Shown here: positions 23,415 through 43,492 of the stretch, piece by piece
Layout of the letters: every line of letters begins with the position of its first letter
Numbering within the stretch: position 1 is the first letter of the stretch
Assembly: GCF_009914755.1 (NCBI RefSeq)
Contig: NC_060947.1
Length of the DNA: 64,000 nucleotides
Strand: one strand, 5' to 3'
Source of the DNA: the human T2T-CHM13v2.0 reference genome, Homo sapiens
Notes under the pieces: generated by a model
Told to the model about the DNA's origin: nothing
What the model saw: only the letters and a program-made list of their open reading frames with translations
Database searches by the model: none
Position numbers and translations under genes: made by a program

Positions 23415-25331
23415 CTCAAGAGAAAAATCAATCTAATTCCATTTCCTAAAATGCCTCCATTTTCTTTCAGCAGTGTGAACATGGCAGATGGGAAAAGATT
23501 CCAAGTTTCATACCATATTTTCCTTCTTAAGCAAGGCTCTTACACATGGCCTGCAATCCTGTGGTACTTGCAATTCCGAAAGTGGACAGATTCAAAAACG
23601 GCTTAGAGGAATCCATAATTCCATAACTGTTTATGAAGGGAAGACACAGATTCTTATGGGTAGATGTGCACCTAACATTGGGGCATAGGGGATATGTCCT
23701 TTGGAACTCAGCTGGAGTAAGGGAAGACTAAATCTCCTGCCCCACTAGTCTCGGGTGATAAAATACAGAGCTGAACAGATTAGGGGCCTGACCCAAGCCA
23801 AGAATGACATTGCTCATAAAAAGTAAGGTTGTATTCCTTTACAGTAAAATTTATCCTTATCCAAATCAACTGACAAACAAGAAGTTCAGGCTTTATTCTA
23901 CTGTTAGCAGCCATGCCAAATGCTCTGAAATCTGCACAAAGTGTCTCACCCAGTGGTGAACTAGTTCTAAAGGCTTGTATTTTCTGATGATGGGAAATGA
24001 GAGGCAGCCAAAGACATGTGACCCACAGCAAATGGAAGCAGGAGGAGAACAGGCTCCACTACAAGAAAGACTGAGATATAGGATCCAGGCAGCAGGAGCA
24101 TCTGGGATTTGTTTCTCCCCAAAATAAGTGCATATTTGCATTTCAACACTGAAAAGTAATAGAAACTGAGGCCACTCGTTTCTGGATTTTTGTGATAAGC
24201 AAGGAGGGGCAAACCTCAAACGGTTCAGCAAACTGGTTTAGCTTATGGAAAGGCATCCAGAGGTCAACACCTTCCTGAGCCCTAACTGAAATTTCACACT
24301 GACAGGCTTTGCTCACCAGCTCCCCACTGCCTCCGGCTTTCAGGCAGGTCAAATACCCTGAGAATGTGGTTTCGCTCAGAGAACATTCTTTCAATCCTTA
24401 CAAATGCTGACAAGCCCGGCAGAGTGCGGGTGCACTCTTTTTCTTTAAAGATAATCAAACCCCTTGAAACCTCAAAACCTTTCCCCAGACACAGGAAGAG
24501 CAACTAGGGTAAATGCAGCCTCCTCCAGCAGGCCCTCCTCTCCCACCCACACTTAAATCCCCCATGAACAATCACAAAAGAATGGCTCAAGGAGCTAGCT
24601 CTGCTGATTGGTTTTTCATAACATGAGGCCTTTGGTTCTTGGTGAAAAAATATTCAATTATCAGGCCTCATTGCAAAATCTTAGAATTTAGAAAAGATTA
24701 TAGCTATGCTACAACAGTTGCAAGTAAACTGTAGGCTTATAAATAAAAATGTGGGGGGACTCTGATGTACATGCATGATGTGTAGAGAGATACCACTAAT
24801 ATTGTATCCATCCATTAGTCTTTAAGGAATACCAGAATCTTCCACTGTTATCCAGAGTCAGGAAGTTGAATGATGGCAGAATTCTAGAGATAAATATTCC
24901 TGTCTATAGTGAACTTGTTCTTTGTACATTCTGATGTTGTTTTGCTCTATCTCCCACAATAAAGTTGGTTAATATACCAGAAACAAAGAAGATTTCTTAG
25001 TTGGATTTTGACCAAACTACTGAGAGGGCAAAAGAAAACTCAAGTTAGCAAGTAAGCATAGACTTAAGGGAAGCCACAGGACCAAGGCTTGGAAGAGAAG
25101 AGCGAAAAGGGAGAATGATCATTAATATCTAGTAGCAAAGAGTAAGGATCTTATTTTGCTGCATAAAAAGGAAAACTAGAAGCCTGAGAAGAGGGAAGAA
25201 CAGATAAAGTAAATTTTGAATCCAAGACCTTGATTCCTCTGCAAGGCCATTTTGGAGGCAAATTGGCTGCGTCCTCCAGAGCACAGGACCATACTTGGCA
25301 CACGAGCTTGAAAAAGTTCACCTTCCCTTAC

Positions 25332-25470
25332 CTCCATATGCCGTTCTAACTCTTGCAAGAGAGTAACATATTTCTCCAGTCGCATGAATGGTTTGCTGAG
25401 GTTTGTTGTTAAAATGAGGATACCTGGGCTCGATGCACCTTGATTTTCCATGAATTGTTCCAACTCATCA
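25332..25470 (-). CDS. ARHGEF6: ARHGEF6 exon 10: (S)[46 protein letters not shown] (DH)
   Basis: 139 nt, AG at 25471-25472, GT at 25330-25331. Confidence 0.97.
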
Positions 25471-26995
25471 CTAGCAAAAGAACAAATATAATTTTGTTAC
25501 TGTTGAATATCTCATGTAAAGAATTATCAACCTAAAATTATTTTACTGTATTTCACACAATATAAAGCCAAATAAAAATGTGTTTTACTAGTCCAAATGC
25601 TGTTCAATTTGTTTTGGCTCAACTAAATCAGGTTTTATTAAGCTCCTTCTGTAAAATCAGCACCAGGGCTCCTTTGGTGAGCCAGACACTCATGATCCCT
25701 GGTGTCACACATTCAACAATTACTGATTGAGCATCTACTAAGTGACAGGCTCTGTTCTCTGATGGGGCTACAGCAGTGAACAAAAAAAAAAAATCCCCAC
25801 CCTTAAGGAGCCTACATTCATGGGCGTGAGATATACAGTGTATCAGATGACCCAGAACTTAAAGTATAATTTAAAAAATAGATTTTCTTAATCACTTCAA
25901 ACGTCCTAGTTATTGGCTGGTCAGGTGCCTAAAGATAACAATCCACAAGGTTGTATCACCCACTTGTAATGTTCTAGAATCACTTCCTGCATTTAGATAC
26001 CAGCATGTTTGTATGACTAACCACAAAGTCACTTAGCCCAATATCAAAAACCAGTGAAGCAGGTTAACCAAACACTTCCATAAGGCAGTAACTTGGTGAA
26101 AAAATATATTAATATTTTATGAACTGTGTGCTGTAAATGTCTAATTCTAAGCCAGTGCTTTTTCTGCTGTTTAGCACCGTTCCAAACTGTTTACTTTCCA
26201 CCAACAGGGATATTGAGTCCTGGGGCTGCAAGATCATTTTGATACATATTTAAGCAAAATATACTTAGAGGAGGAAACCTACTGCCTAAGTGACAGCTTA
26301 TGTTGAAACTTCTGCTTTATTACATGGCCCTTTTACCTCTTTGGTTGGCCATGCATATCCAGTCAGTCACAAATCTTCTTGGATCTGTTCATTCCTTTCC
26401 ATTCCTGCTGCCACTGCCTTAGTTCAGGATTTCAGCTCATTCCATCTGGCTCACTTCAATAGACCAACTGTTTTCCTGGCTTCCAGGCTTTTTCCAGGTC
26501 CTACAGACTACCATTTTAGCCTCACTGCTTTCCTACCCAAGAGGCTGAGTGCCTACAAGATCAAGTCTTAACTTTTTAAACTCCTACTGGCTCCACCATC
26601 TTTCTCACTACTCCCCAGCAGGAAACCCCTAGTGCAAAGTGACCTACTTATTCTCCCTAGAACACGTCTTATGCCATGGTTCCCAACTGTGGTGTGCTGC
26701 TATAAGGTGTGAAGTGTGTTCAAAAAACTTGCTATCAGTAATAAAGTACTAGGAGGCTGGAAACAGAGCGGATTGCAGGTTATCCCTGCAATCCCCACCC
26801 ACACTCTCCCTTCGTGGGCTTTTCTGAGCAGGAGAGAAAAGATGGAGTTTCAGCTAATGCAACAGCAGCCTTGAGTCATGCAGTATGGCACATATGTTGG
26901 GCTGGGAATGGCTGCCTTAATGGAGTCTAGATCACATATGAGAGGTCATATCTAGCAATTGCTGCTAATCCTTTTATAAAACTTTTACAAAATTA

Positions 26996-27112
26996 TAGAG
27001 ACAGGGTTTTGCCATTTTGCCCAGGCTGGTGTCGAACTCCTGGGCTCAAGCAATCCTCCCACCTCGGCCTCCCAAAGTGCTGGGACTACAGGCATGAACC
27101 ACCGCACCCAGC
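26996..27112 (-). mobile_element. FLAM-like Alu monomer, TSD TGCTGCTAATCCTTTTA
   Basis: Left-arm Alu reverse complement between direct repeats. Confidence 0.88.
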
Positions 27113-28621
27113 CTGCTGCTAATCCTTTTATCAGTTTTCGTAGTCTTGTTCCAGAAGTAGCCAAAGGGAGGGAAATGTCCTAGACTTGGAGTCATAAAAG
27201 AGAGTTGGCAACCCTGGATGAGTTGCCTGAGCCTCAACTGACTCATGCTTATAAGAGAGATAAAACCTACTTCCTAATAAAATTGCAAAGATTAAATATT
27301 GGGGGTTTTAATGCTACTATTTCATGCTAAGAATTGTACATGCATTCATTCTTGTTTAATGACAACAACATTTCAACATAGGTGTTCTCCCCATTTTACA
27401 GATGAGAAAACTGAGAGGAAGGGTGATAGTAAGTGGCTACAGTGGGATTCATACTCAGGTCTGAAGCCAAAGCCTCAGGTCTTTTTAGGATGCCATACTG
27501 GCTCTCTGCAGGACAGGATTTTGTAAACTTTAAAGTAGTCAGTGGATGCATTATTATTATTATTATCCCAAGACAAATACCTTGCTAAAATCACATCTTT
27601 AAAAACTACCAGTACCTGTGGTTTCCAACTTAATGGAAATTCAATTGATGTTCAATTGCCAACCAAGAGCATAAAGTGCATAAAGAGGTTTAAAAATTCA
27701 TTGCATATAAAATATAATTAGGGAAATAACTCGGGTTTGGAGTGCATTTGAGTAGAAATGTAATTTGGAGAAAATCATTTTCCTAATTTCTTTTCAATTT
27801 AGTAAACAAGTTTTATTTTTTCTTTCAGTGACTAAATGACTGCCCGCATCCTCAACATTTTACTCTAATTGATGCAAGAGTGAAAGCAATTAAAAGCAAA
27901 TGCTAATGTGTACCTTATTATTACCTTCCATGCAGCATTCTAACTTCTAGGCTTGCTAAACATCATAAAACAATTTAAATTTATTTCAGTACAACATGAG
28001 ATCACTATCTTGGATTAAAACACTGGTTCTTCAGAAAAGATAATTTTACTAGGGCAACAAAAGAACAAAATTGTCCTAAAATGCCTTTTATCTATGATAA
28101 ATAGATCCTAAAAGACACATTTTATTTAGCCAAATAAACATAATACACAAATTAGTATCATTATACACAAATATAATACATAAATATATATTGTTATACC
28201 AAAGAACAATCTGTCTTTTAAATGTAGAATTTTATACAGCCCATTTGAAATAGCAGTGGATTAAGACTTGCTTTTCAAGCTTAAAATGTTCTGTATATGT
28301 GACATGATACAATAGAAGCAGTTCTCAGTGTATAAATGCTGTTTAAAACAACATACATTTATTTCATAGAATGCATGGTGGATGGGGCTCTGGGATATTC
28401 TGGGTTGGACTGGAAAGCTGAAGAAAGCTATGTATACTATAATAACACTACAGAGCTTAGCCATCTCATATAGAAGTGCTTCTGTGGCATCTTTGTATAG
28501 GTTTCTAATTTGAATGATCATAACTCTACCTAGCAGAAGGTCAGAGATTCCTCCTCTCCACCTCAATTACTACCCCACCAGCCCTTCGGGGGAAATCACT
28601 GTGGTCCAAAAGGGGTGGTGA

Positions 28622-29345
<724 letters not shown>

Positions 29346-31051
29346 TGATCTCTCATTTAACCCTCTCCCTCGTGAAAAAGGATGAATGCCACACTGAAGC
29401 AAGCACAGGAGAGAAGAGGGTATTTTTGTAAAAGAGAGGTTATTCCCAGGAAGAAACAGGAGCTACCATAGCAAGCTAGCAGGGGAGAGGGAGGGGAAAT
29501 CCCGAAATACCTCACCCAGGGGACAACAAAAGACTAGAGCGGCCATTCAAATATATGCAAATATGGGGACACATCAAGGTTGGGGTCTGATTACATATCC
29601 AAATTCAGGCCATACACGACTGCATTTTTAACAAGACAGCTGCATGCAATCATACAATTTTAAGGCTGGATCCCTTCTCAGGGCCAATTGTTATAAGCAT
29701 TCCTGGTATGGTATTGCCACCTAAAGGCCGAAAGGAAGAAGTTCACCTGAACATCACAGCTTCAGCAAGGAAAGAACAGAAATCCACCAATGTCCCTATT
29801 TCAGCTGAAATCTTCATCTAAAAAATGTTTAATGTGAATTTTCTGTGAATTTCATTTCACTGTGCTTTGCCTTTAATAGGTCAGCATAAATTGCCACTAG
29901 ATGCATGTAAAATAGTTGAGATTATATTAAAAGCACATGTGAGAAAAACCTCAAGTATTTTAATTTTCATCCCTTTTACCTGTAAATAAACCAGTAAGAT
30001 AAAAATTTAGTTCTATGAGGACTCCAGTGAGTCTTCCATCATTTCAAGGGATATTATAAAATTCTCAAAAACACCGTTAACTAAAATTAAACAGGGCATT
30101 ATACTTCACCAAAAACTTGAGAATCTTTTAAATCAACTGTGTAACAAACATCAAACCATAATGTTTGAGGGAAGCTTTACTTAATTATAAAATTAAATTC
30201 CCAACATAGGTAAATGTAGTCAGTAACATTTTAACACATAGAGTTACAATGGAAACTTCTCTAAACACCACAGAAAGTCTGCCACTTGAGGTAAACCATT
30301 TCTTTCCAGTATTCATCCAGAATATTGTTTTCATATCAAAAGGAGAACATGTGCTCATTTTACTGGTGTTAAGGAATTTGCCCTTATATTCACAGGACAT
30401 TTATGAATTCATCAAAGGAAAAAAGTCTGTGAATCATTTTTTCTTTATTGTAGATATGTAGAAAAGTATGAAAACATTCCTGGAAATGACAAAAACAAAT
30501 TTAGGACTGTGGTTCACTCTGGTGAGGGAGAGAAGAGCAGGAAATATTGAAGGGGATACACAGAACTTGAATTGCATCTATAATTTGTTTCTTAAGCTGA
30601 ATAGTGGGTACGTGGATGTACTTTATATTATCTCTGTTCTTTGTATGCTTGAAATATTTTATACTTTTTTTCCTAAAAAGAAACTAGTAGCTGGTAGGTA
30701 GATGTTTAAAGGACACATAGGGCATGGTGACACAGTGCTGGGTGCTTAGTATACATTATTTCATTTAATACTAACATCAATCCTGCAAGGTAGGTGGTTT
30801 GACCCTCATTTTACAAGTGAGGAAATTAAGGCTTAGAAATGAAGTGAATTGCCTTGGGTAAAACAGCCTCTAAGTGGTAGAATTGTGAAGTGAGACATTA
30901 AAAAAGTGATAAAAAGTTTAGGCTCAGATCAGGCAAGGGCACAGAAGGACAGAAAAGGAAACAGTAAGGAGTTCCACTTTTGAGATGGTGGCATGAGATT
31001 CATTGGATGCACTACTCAGTTAAAAAAAAGCGTAGCAGGTGAAAACCATTT

Positions 31052-31375
31052 AGGCCAGGCGCAGTGGCTCACACCTGTAATCCCAGCACTTTGGGAGGCT
31101 GAGGCAGGAGGATCACTTAAGCCCAGGAGTTTGAGACCAGCAGACTCTGGTCAACATAGTGAAAGCCCTGTCTCTATAATTTTTTTATAATTAGCTGAGT
31201 GTGGTGGTGTGTGCCTGTAGTCACAGCTGCTCAGGAGGCTGAGGTGGGAGGATTGCTTGAGCCCAGGAGTTCAAGGCTGCGTTGAGTTATGATTGTATCA
31301 CTGCACTCCAGCCTGGGTGACAGAGCAAGACCTTGTCTCTGAAAAGCCAATAATAATAAAAATAAAAATAAATAA
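31052..31375 (+). mobile_element. AluJ, full length
   Basis: GGCCAGGCGCAGTGGCTCACACC...GAGCCCAGGAGTTCAAGGCTGC, A-rich tail. Confidence 0.9.
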
Positions 31376-31379
31376 AATA

Positions 31380-34160
31380 TCTAGAAGTTGTCCTAATGAT
31401 ATAAGATAAATGAAAAAAAGTATTTATTCAGGAAAATCTACTAAAACTCAGTAAGAACAGGGAGAACTTACAGCATTTGAGCTATGACCAGCTCTCCCTT
31501 TTCTCCCTCCTCCCAACTCAGCTTGACAGAAGCTCCATTCCGGGCAACTGTGACCAAGTAGAGAGGCCTCCCTGGCCTCTCAGCTACCAGTCAAAAAATA
31601 TGATATCTCACCAGGAGGGACAGGTCATCAGCACATCTCTCCCCTTCAACTCTGTGTAAAAGAGGCTAAATTCCTGGTAAGTGTGCCTGAGAGGTCGAAA
31701 GCTCACTTCACGCAGCCCCGACACAGGCTGGAGAGTAGGCCCAATCACCCTCACCCCAGCCCAAGTGTAGGGTAGAGAGTTCCATGCTGGAAAAGGCAAG
31801 CTGGAAGAGGCAACCAGAGGGTACCCATGCTGCCCAGCTCCCAGAGTAGTGAGATTTTGCCCAGAGGGAGACGCAGTCCATGGGAACAGAAGAGTTCTGA
31901 AGCTCTCCATGAAGAAATTGGTTTTATTTGGAAAAAAGGCATGTGGGGATATTCAAGCTTAAGAGCTCTTGCCAAAACAAAGGAGATTTTGGTAGTAAGC
32001 CAATAAAAGGAGGCAGGTAGCTCCTGTCACTTAAGTGCAAAAAGCTAACCCATAGGCCAGCTAGGTCACCAGAGAGAGAACCAGGGAAACAGACAGCCAG
32101 GAAGTGCTAAGAAGGATCAGAAGAAACCTCAAAGTCTAGTCTCAAAAAGTGTCTCCACTTGAACTTAATTAGATCAGATGGTGGAGCAATTTATGTCCCC
32201 ATGAAATTATCAAAAATATTAGAGCCAATCAGCTGGAAATTAGGAGAGCCTAACACCTGGATGTGATACCAAACGGGGCTTAAAGGAGAGATCAGGGAGT
32301 GAGACAGTCAAAGACAGCTCTGCTAAGACCACTGTCATTCCAGAGTGACTGCATGCCTGACCAAGGCTGTGCCCTCTGAAGAGCGATACCAGAGATTGTA
32401 CTCTGTGAGCGAAATAGACTTCACTAAAATAGTCAAATCGAGTTACTAAACAAACACATAAGCAAACAACAAAAACATGTCCCAGAGAGTGGGGAATGAA
32501 ATCAGTATCACAGTTGTGAAATCTAAAATTACCTAAAATGTCTTGTTCTCAACAACAAAAAACAATATGGCACACAAAGAAACAGCAATGTGTAACTTAC
32601 ACAAATAAGAAACAACAGAAATTGTCAGTAAGAGGCAAAATGTCAGACTTAATAAAGTCTTCAAAGTAGCCATTATAAATATGTGCAAAGAACAAAAGGA
32701 AACCATGCTTAAAGAAGTAAAGGAAGCTATGATGACAATGTCTCACCACATAGAGAACATCCATAAAGATGCTGAAATTGTAAACAAAAAGAAAGAAGAA
32801 GAACCAAATGAACATTCTAGAGTTTAAAAGTAAAATAACTGAAATTTAAAATTTCATTAGAGGGGCTCAACAGCTGATCTGAACTGGCAGAAGAAAGAAT
32901 CTGTAAACTTAAAATACATCAATAGAGATTATGCAATATAAAAAGGAGAAAAAAGAATAAAGAAAAACGAATACAGCCTCAGAGAAATATGGAAAATCTT
33001 TAAGCAAAAGAACATATACATAATGGAAGTACTAAAAAGAGAGGAGAGAGAGAATGGAGCAGAAAAAATATGCAAAGAAATAATGACTAAAATTCCCAAA
33101 TTTGAGAAAAACATCAACCCACACATACAAGAAGCTCAATGAATTTCAAGTAGGATAAATGCAAAGAGGTCCACACTCAAACAAATTATAATAAAAATCC
33201 TGAAAGTCAAGGAGAAAACTGAAAGCAGGAAGAGAAGAACAACTCGTCATGGGCTAGAGAACCTAGATAATATTAACAGCTGATTTCTCATCAGAATCTT
33301 GGAGGCCAGAAGGCAGTGGGATGACATACTCAAAGTACTGAAAGAAACAGAACTGCCAACCAAGAATTCTGTATTCATCCAAACTATCTTTCAAAATGGA
33401 AGGTGGAATGAAAACATTCCCAGACAAGAACTAAGAGAATCCTTTCTTAAAAATCCACCTTACAATAAGCACTCAGTGAAGACCTTCAGGCTGAAAGCAA
33501 GTAAACCCAGACTTAAATTTAAATTCACATATTAAAACAAAGAGCACCAATAAAGGTAAATATGCAATTATGAAAGACAGTATAAATACATGCTTCTTCT
33601 TCTCTTAACTGATATAAAAGCAATTGGCCAAAGCAAAATTTTATAATTTCATTGTTGGACCTATACACACATAAATTTAATATATTTGAAAACCACAGCA
33701 TGAAGGAGAAAGGTGGGAGCAAAGGTCTGTTGGAATAAGAATATAATACCAGATAGTAACACAAATTCACAGGAAAAAATGAAGGGAAATAGAAATGGTA
33801 AATAAGAAAGTTAATATAACAAACACTATAAATATATTTTTCCTTTCCTTTCTTCTCTCAGTTGTATTAATGGACATAAAATTAAATAACAATTATAGCA
33901 TGTATTATTGTGTATATGGAGTTCATATTTATAATAATAATAACAAAAAGGGAAGAGGAAACAGTTATACAGGAGTCACATTTTTATATATAACTAGAAT
34001 TAAGTTAGCATAAAAAATGAAGTCCATTCTGATAAGATATATATGGAAAGTTTTAGAGTAACCACTAAAAGACACCCCAAAATATAGTGAAATATTATAG
34101 AGAAAATTTATAACAAAAACGTTTAAAATAATAAAAAAATAAAATATAGTGAAAAAATCA
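31380..34160 (+). mobile_element. Old L1 (L1M class) 5'UTR + degenerate ORF1 + inter-ORF
   Basis: ORF1 remnant EARRQWDDILKVLKE (33299-33535), A-rich sense strand. Confidence 0.8.
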
Positions 34161-34167
34161 TTAAAGC

Positions 34168-39090
<4,923 letters not shown>

Positions 39091-39180
39091 CATAACCCAA
39101 TTTAAAAACAGGCTAAGGATCTGAATAGACATTTCTTTGAATGAAGGTATACGAACTTCCAGTAGGTACATGAAAGATGC

Positions 39181-39545
39181 TGTATTAGTCCGTTTTCACA
39201 CTGCTATAAAGATACTATCTGAGACTGGGTAATTTATAAACAAAGGAGGTTTAATTGACTCACCATTCCACATGGCTGGGGAGGCCTCAGGAAACTTACA
39301 ATCATGGTGGAAGGAGAAGGAAAGGCAAGTACTTCCTTCACAAGGTGGCAGGAAAGAGAGCAAGAGCGACGGGGGAAGAGCCCCTTATAAAACCTTCAGA
39401 TCTCGTGAGAACTCACTATCATAAGAACAGCTTGGGGAAAACCACCCCCATGATCCAGTCACCTCCCACCTGGTCCCTCCCTCGACATGTAGGGTTGACA
39501 ATTCAAGATGAGATTTGGGTGGGGACATAGAACCAAACCATATCA
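39181..39545 (-). mobile_element. THE1 (MaLR) solo LTR with 5-bp TSD GATGC
   Basis: TGTATTAGTCCGTTTTCACACTGCT...CCAAACCATATCA; GATGC at 39176-39180 and 39546-39550; inserted in an L1 fragment (39090-39720). Confidence 0.9.
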
Positions 39546-39723
39546 GATGCTCAATATCATTATTCCTGAGGAAAATGCATATCAATCTCACCATGAGAAA
39601 CCACTTCATATCCACTAATATGTCTATAATCAAAAAGACTGACAATAACAAATGTTTGGTGAGGGTGTGGAGAAAATGAAACCCTCATACACAGATAGTG
39701 AGAAAATAAATTGGTGCAGTGAC

Positions 39724-40022
39724 TTTGTTTTGTTGTTGTTGCTGTTGTTGTTTTGTTTTTGTTTTGTTTTTTGTCTGAGGCAGAGTCTTGCTCCGTCAAG
39801 TGAAGCCAAGGTGGGCGGATCATTTGAGGTCAGGAGTTCGAGATCAGCCTGGCCAACATGGTGAAACCCCATCTCTACAAAAATTAGCTGGTCGTGGTGG
39901 TGCGTGCCTGTAATCCCAGGTACTCTGGAGGCTGAGGCAGGAGAATCGCTTGAATCTGGGAGGCAGAGGTTGCAGTTGTGCTCCAGCCTCGGTGACAGAG
40001 CAAGACTCTGTCAAAAAAAAAA
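39724..40022. mobile_element. Fused head-to-head Alu remnants (minus-strand 3' stub + 5'-truncated plus-strand Alu)
   Basis: (GTTT)n-TGAGGCAGAGTCTTGCTCCGTCA joined to GAAGCCAAGGTGGGCGGATC...A10. Confidence 0.8.
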
Positions 40023-41629
40023 GGAAGGGAAGAGGAGGGGAGGGGAGGGAGAAAAGAAAAGGGTAACTTTCTATTGCTTAAGCCAGGTGGTAGATACACA
40101 GGTGCTCATTTTATTGTGATCCTTTAAATTTGCATTTACATTATTCTTTCTGTGGATAAAATATATGTCTTAATAAAAATATTTTTTAGAAGTCTGACAG
40201 ACCTGGATTCTGGCTCAACCACTTAAGATCTATGAGTTCTTGGGCACATTACTTAACCTAAGCCTTCCAATGTCTTATCTGTAAAGCAGAGATGGTAATA
40301 ATAATAACTCCCTCATAGGCTTTTACATCATGTGCCTGGCACATCGTCAGTGCTATTACTAGCTAATGTTAGCTATAAGCAGTTGAGCCACTTGCCTAAA
40401 AATGCCAGGTTCATGACCTCTCTTTCTTTAAACTCCAATTTCCATATTTGCTATTCCATAAGAGTTCAAAATTTATCAGAGGAATAAAATTGACCTTCAA
40501 GCAGGACTTACTGCGTTCAACCTTTAAAATGTCCTTACATAACATCTTTGTAAAGCCAATAAATATTGCACCTTAATAAACCAGGACAAGAACCAAAATT
40601 TCTGTCATTTCTGGAGGCTCGTGTCAACTAATGTTCTAGCCTAGCTCTGGGAGCTCAAATCTAGGTCAGATTAAGAGAATATTATTTTCAGTCTTGAACA
40701 GCTTCCAGAATCCATGTCCATTCTGCATCTTAGTCTCCAAGTTAAGTCAAGAGTCTCTATATGTTGGACTTGCTTTTGTCCCACCTGGATTTCCAGCATA
40801 TGACTTCAAAGGTAAAATTCTGTCACTAAGCCTGTCCTACAGTTTTCTGGCCCAGATGAATGTGTCAGTGAATGTGTCAGGGGTGGGTAGTCAGAAGCTA
40901 AGGATGGCAGGAGAGGTGTAACACTTATCTAGGTCCCTTGCAAGGACTCGTATTCTTAAAGGAGACACTATTCTATTGTTCATCATGAATCGGAAGCAAC
41001 TTATATTCATGTATAATTATTATCAGAGCCCTTTGCTTAAAGTATCTGTCACACAGCTCACACCTGCTTTGTAGCTACATCATTGCCTAAAACTTTCTCT
41101 ACGCAGACTAGGGAAGGCAAAAAGAGATGAAGCTACACAGTTTAGCTATGTGTCAGCAACTCAGAAAAAACATTCATTGGGGTAGGGGAAAGCTAAATGA
41201 TAGGCTCGAAATAGAATTTTGCTTCAGGAAAGCCCTCCCTGACCCTTTCTTCACATCCCACTAAGTTGATATCATGTTAATGTTATCTCACAGAACCCTT
41301 TTAATTTACTGTTTCATAATATGACACGTTTACAACATTTAATTTAATATCTGCATTTCCCTCAAGATTCTGTGCTCAATGAGGGGAAGGACCTCCTCCT
41401 CCTTGTTCATTCCTGTATCCCCATCAGCTGGTACAGGGCCTTGCACATAGTAGGTGCTCAAGAATTTATTCATTGGATTAATGGACAATCAATCCATGTA
41501 ACAATGAATCAATTCCTGGCATCATGAACAGGGATAATCAAGAGTCCAACTGAAGACCTTGGATTTCCAAATGACGTGGTCCTAAGAAAGGATCTCATTG
41601 CAAAAGTTGGGGAAATGTTAACTATTTAC

Positions 41630-41752
41630 CTGTGCTGAGTGAGCACATTTACAGCTGAAGGATGGTTTGCACAGTAAGCCAGATACATAGATTTAAAATG
41701 AGGCATGAGACTCAGTAGACAACCTCCTACTTTGTGCTGGTTTTCTGGAAAC
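41630..41752 (-). CDS. ARHGEF6: ARHGEF6 exon 9: (K)[40 protein letters not shown](S) (DH)
   Basis: 123 nt, AG at 41753-41754, GT at 41628-41629; DH motif YLAYCANHP. Confidence 0.97.
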
Positions 41753-42900
41753 CTGTAAACAAAATGGACAAAACACAGAATGTAAAATAGGAAACAGGAG
41801 GCAAAGGAAGATTATTCCAATTAAACCTGGCAGCATGAAAGCCTTCTGAATATTTTGCCAAGGTTAAAAGAGAAACTATATTATAACCATTTTACCCATG
41901 AAACTCAAATTCTTGCCCACTGCTTTAAACTCTAGCCACCAAACACAGTTGTAATACATAGGGTCAGATACTTACTTGGAATTAGTAGGTATGGTTGCTT
42001 GTTTGTTTTTAAGATGATTATTTTCAAATTTAGCTGGGTACACTAAAAATATTCTTGGTTAATTTATCTAAAGTTTGAGTACAGACAAAACTAATCAAAT
42101 CCAAAAATGACATACCACAAAAGAATATTATGTAATCTTGGAGGCCTGGTGTTTGCTACGCAGGGTGGCCTCAAAAGTTTTTAAATTAATGTTTTAAATT
42201 ATAAGCCACCTGTCTTCATTTGTAGAAAAATCAGAAAAGTGTAATAAGAAAAATGAATTTCTCAGACTCCCACCATTTGGAGATACTGACTCTAAAAATG
42301 TTGACATGTTTCTTGGGCTTTTTTCTACATGTTTCTCTATAAAATGGAAAACATAAGGATTATGAATCTAGTTTGTAATCTGCCCTTCTCGCTTAGTGAA
42401 CATCTTTGCATATCAATAATCTAGATCCCTCTTGGCCCCTCAAGTCCCTTTAGTGTGGGCCCTCTCCATCGTTCTTCCTGGACAACCACCTGTGTCCTAT
42501 TAAGCTTAAATAACAGGTAATCACCTCAATTTCCCTAGAGAGATGAAAGCTGCCAACTTCTTTAAGATACGCTGCTTGAAAAATTAGTCTTTCTATAGAG
42601 ACATATTGCCTGATGATCATTATAGTTCACTGTAGTATGAAGTTAAACATCTGGACAATCTAGCTAGCCATCAAAAATGTGTTGGTTCACATAAAGATAT
42701 ACTTTTCCTTCCCCCACTTTCTGTGTGTTTCAACTCTTAATATAATAGACATAGTATCAGGAGCAATTCAAAGACACCAAATCTGTGAAACTGAATGAAT
42801 CATTTGAATGACTTTTCCAAGTAATTTGCAATGTACAAAAGAAAATATGTAATCAGTGCCAGAGGTGTCATTCATGGTCAATTAAGACCTCATGTGTCTC

Positions 42901-43115
42901 CAGGGAGGGGACCATCACACACTGGGGCCTGTCGGGGAGTGGGGTGAAAGGGGAGGGAGAGCATTAGGACAAATACCTAATGCATGCAGGGCTTAAATCC
43001 TGGATGACGGGTTGATAGGTGCAGCAAACCACCATGGCGCATGTATACCTATGTAACAAACCTGCACGTTCAGCACATTTATCCCAGAACTTTAAGGAAC
43101 ATTAAAAAAAAAAAA
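42901..43115 (+). mobile_element. L1PA 3' end, 5'-truncated, TSD AAGACCTYATGTGTCTC
   Basis: GGGAGGGAGAGCATTAGGACAAATACCTAATGC...CCCAGAACTT, poly(A), 17-bp direct repeats at 42884 and 43116. Confidence 0.92.
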
Positions 43116-43396
43116 AAGACCTTATGTGTCTCTTATACTGACCAGAAACAGCAAACTGATGTATTTTTTAAATAAAGTCAAAAGTAATTTACAAGATATA
43201 GACTTCTAATATACAACTAGTGGTTTGACACTGTGAACACTGCCACCTAGTACACTGTCTATGTATTGCTACTTTGTTCAGAGCTGTAACAAATACTTAA
43301 CTATGAAGTGTCCTTATCAAAGGCAACAGGTAAAAGGAAAACAAAACACAAACAGCAATGTTGCTGGCTATCCTATCAGAAATATGCCACACTTAC

Positions 43397-43492
43397 TTTG
43401 AACATTCTTCCAAGGCTTGGCAGAGTGTCTGTTGAAATGTGCATACTTCCTCGAAGTTTCCCAGTAAAGATGTAACCTCCACAGTACTCAGA
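43397..43492 (-). CDS. ARHGEF6: ARHGEF6 exon 8: (N)LSTVEVTSLLGNFEEVCTFQQTLCQALEECS(K) (DH)
   Basis: 96 nt, AG at 43493-43494, GT at 43395-43396. Confidence 0.97.

Noticed and set aside
43240-43256. CTCF-like GCCACCTAGT motif
   Set aside because: Lacks the conserved CC at the motif 5' end; isolated
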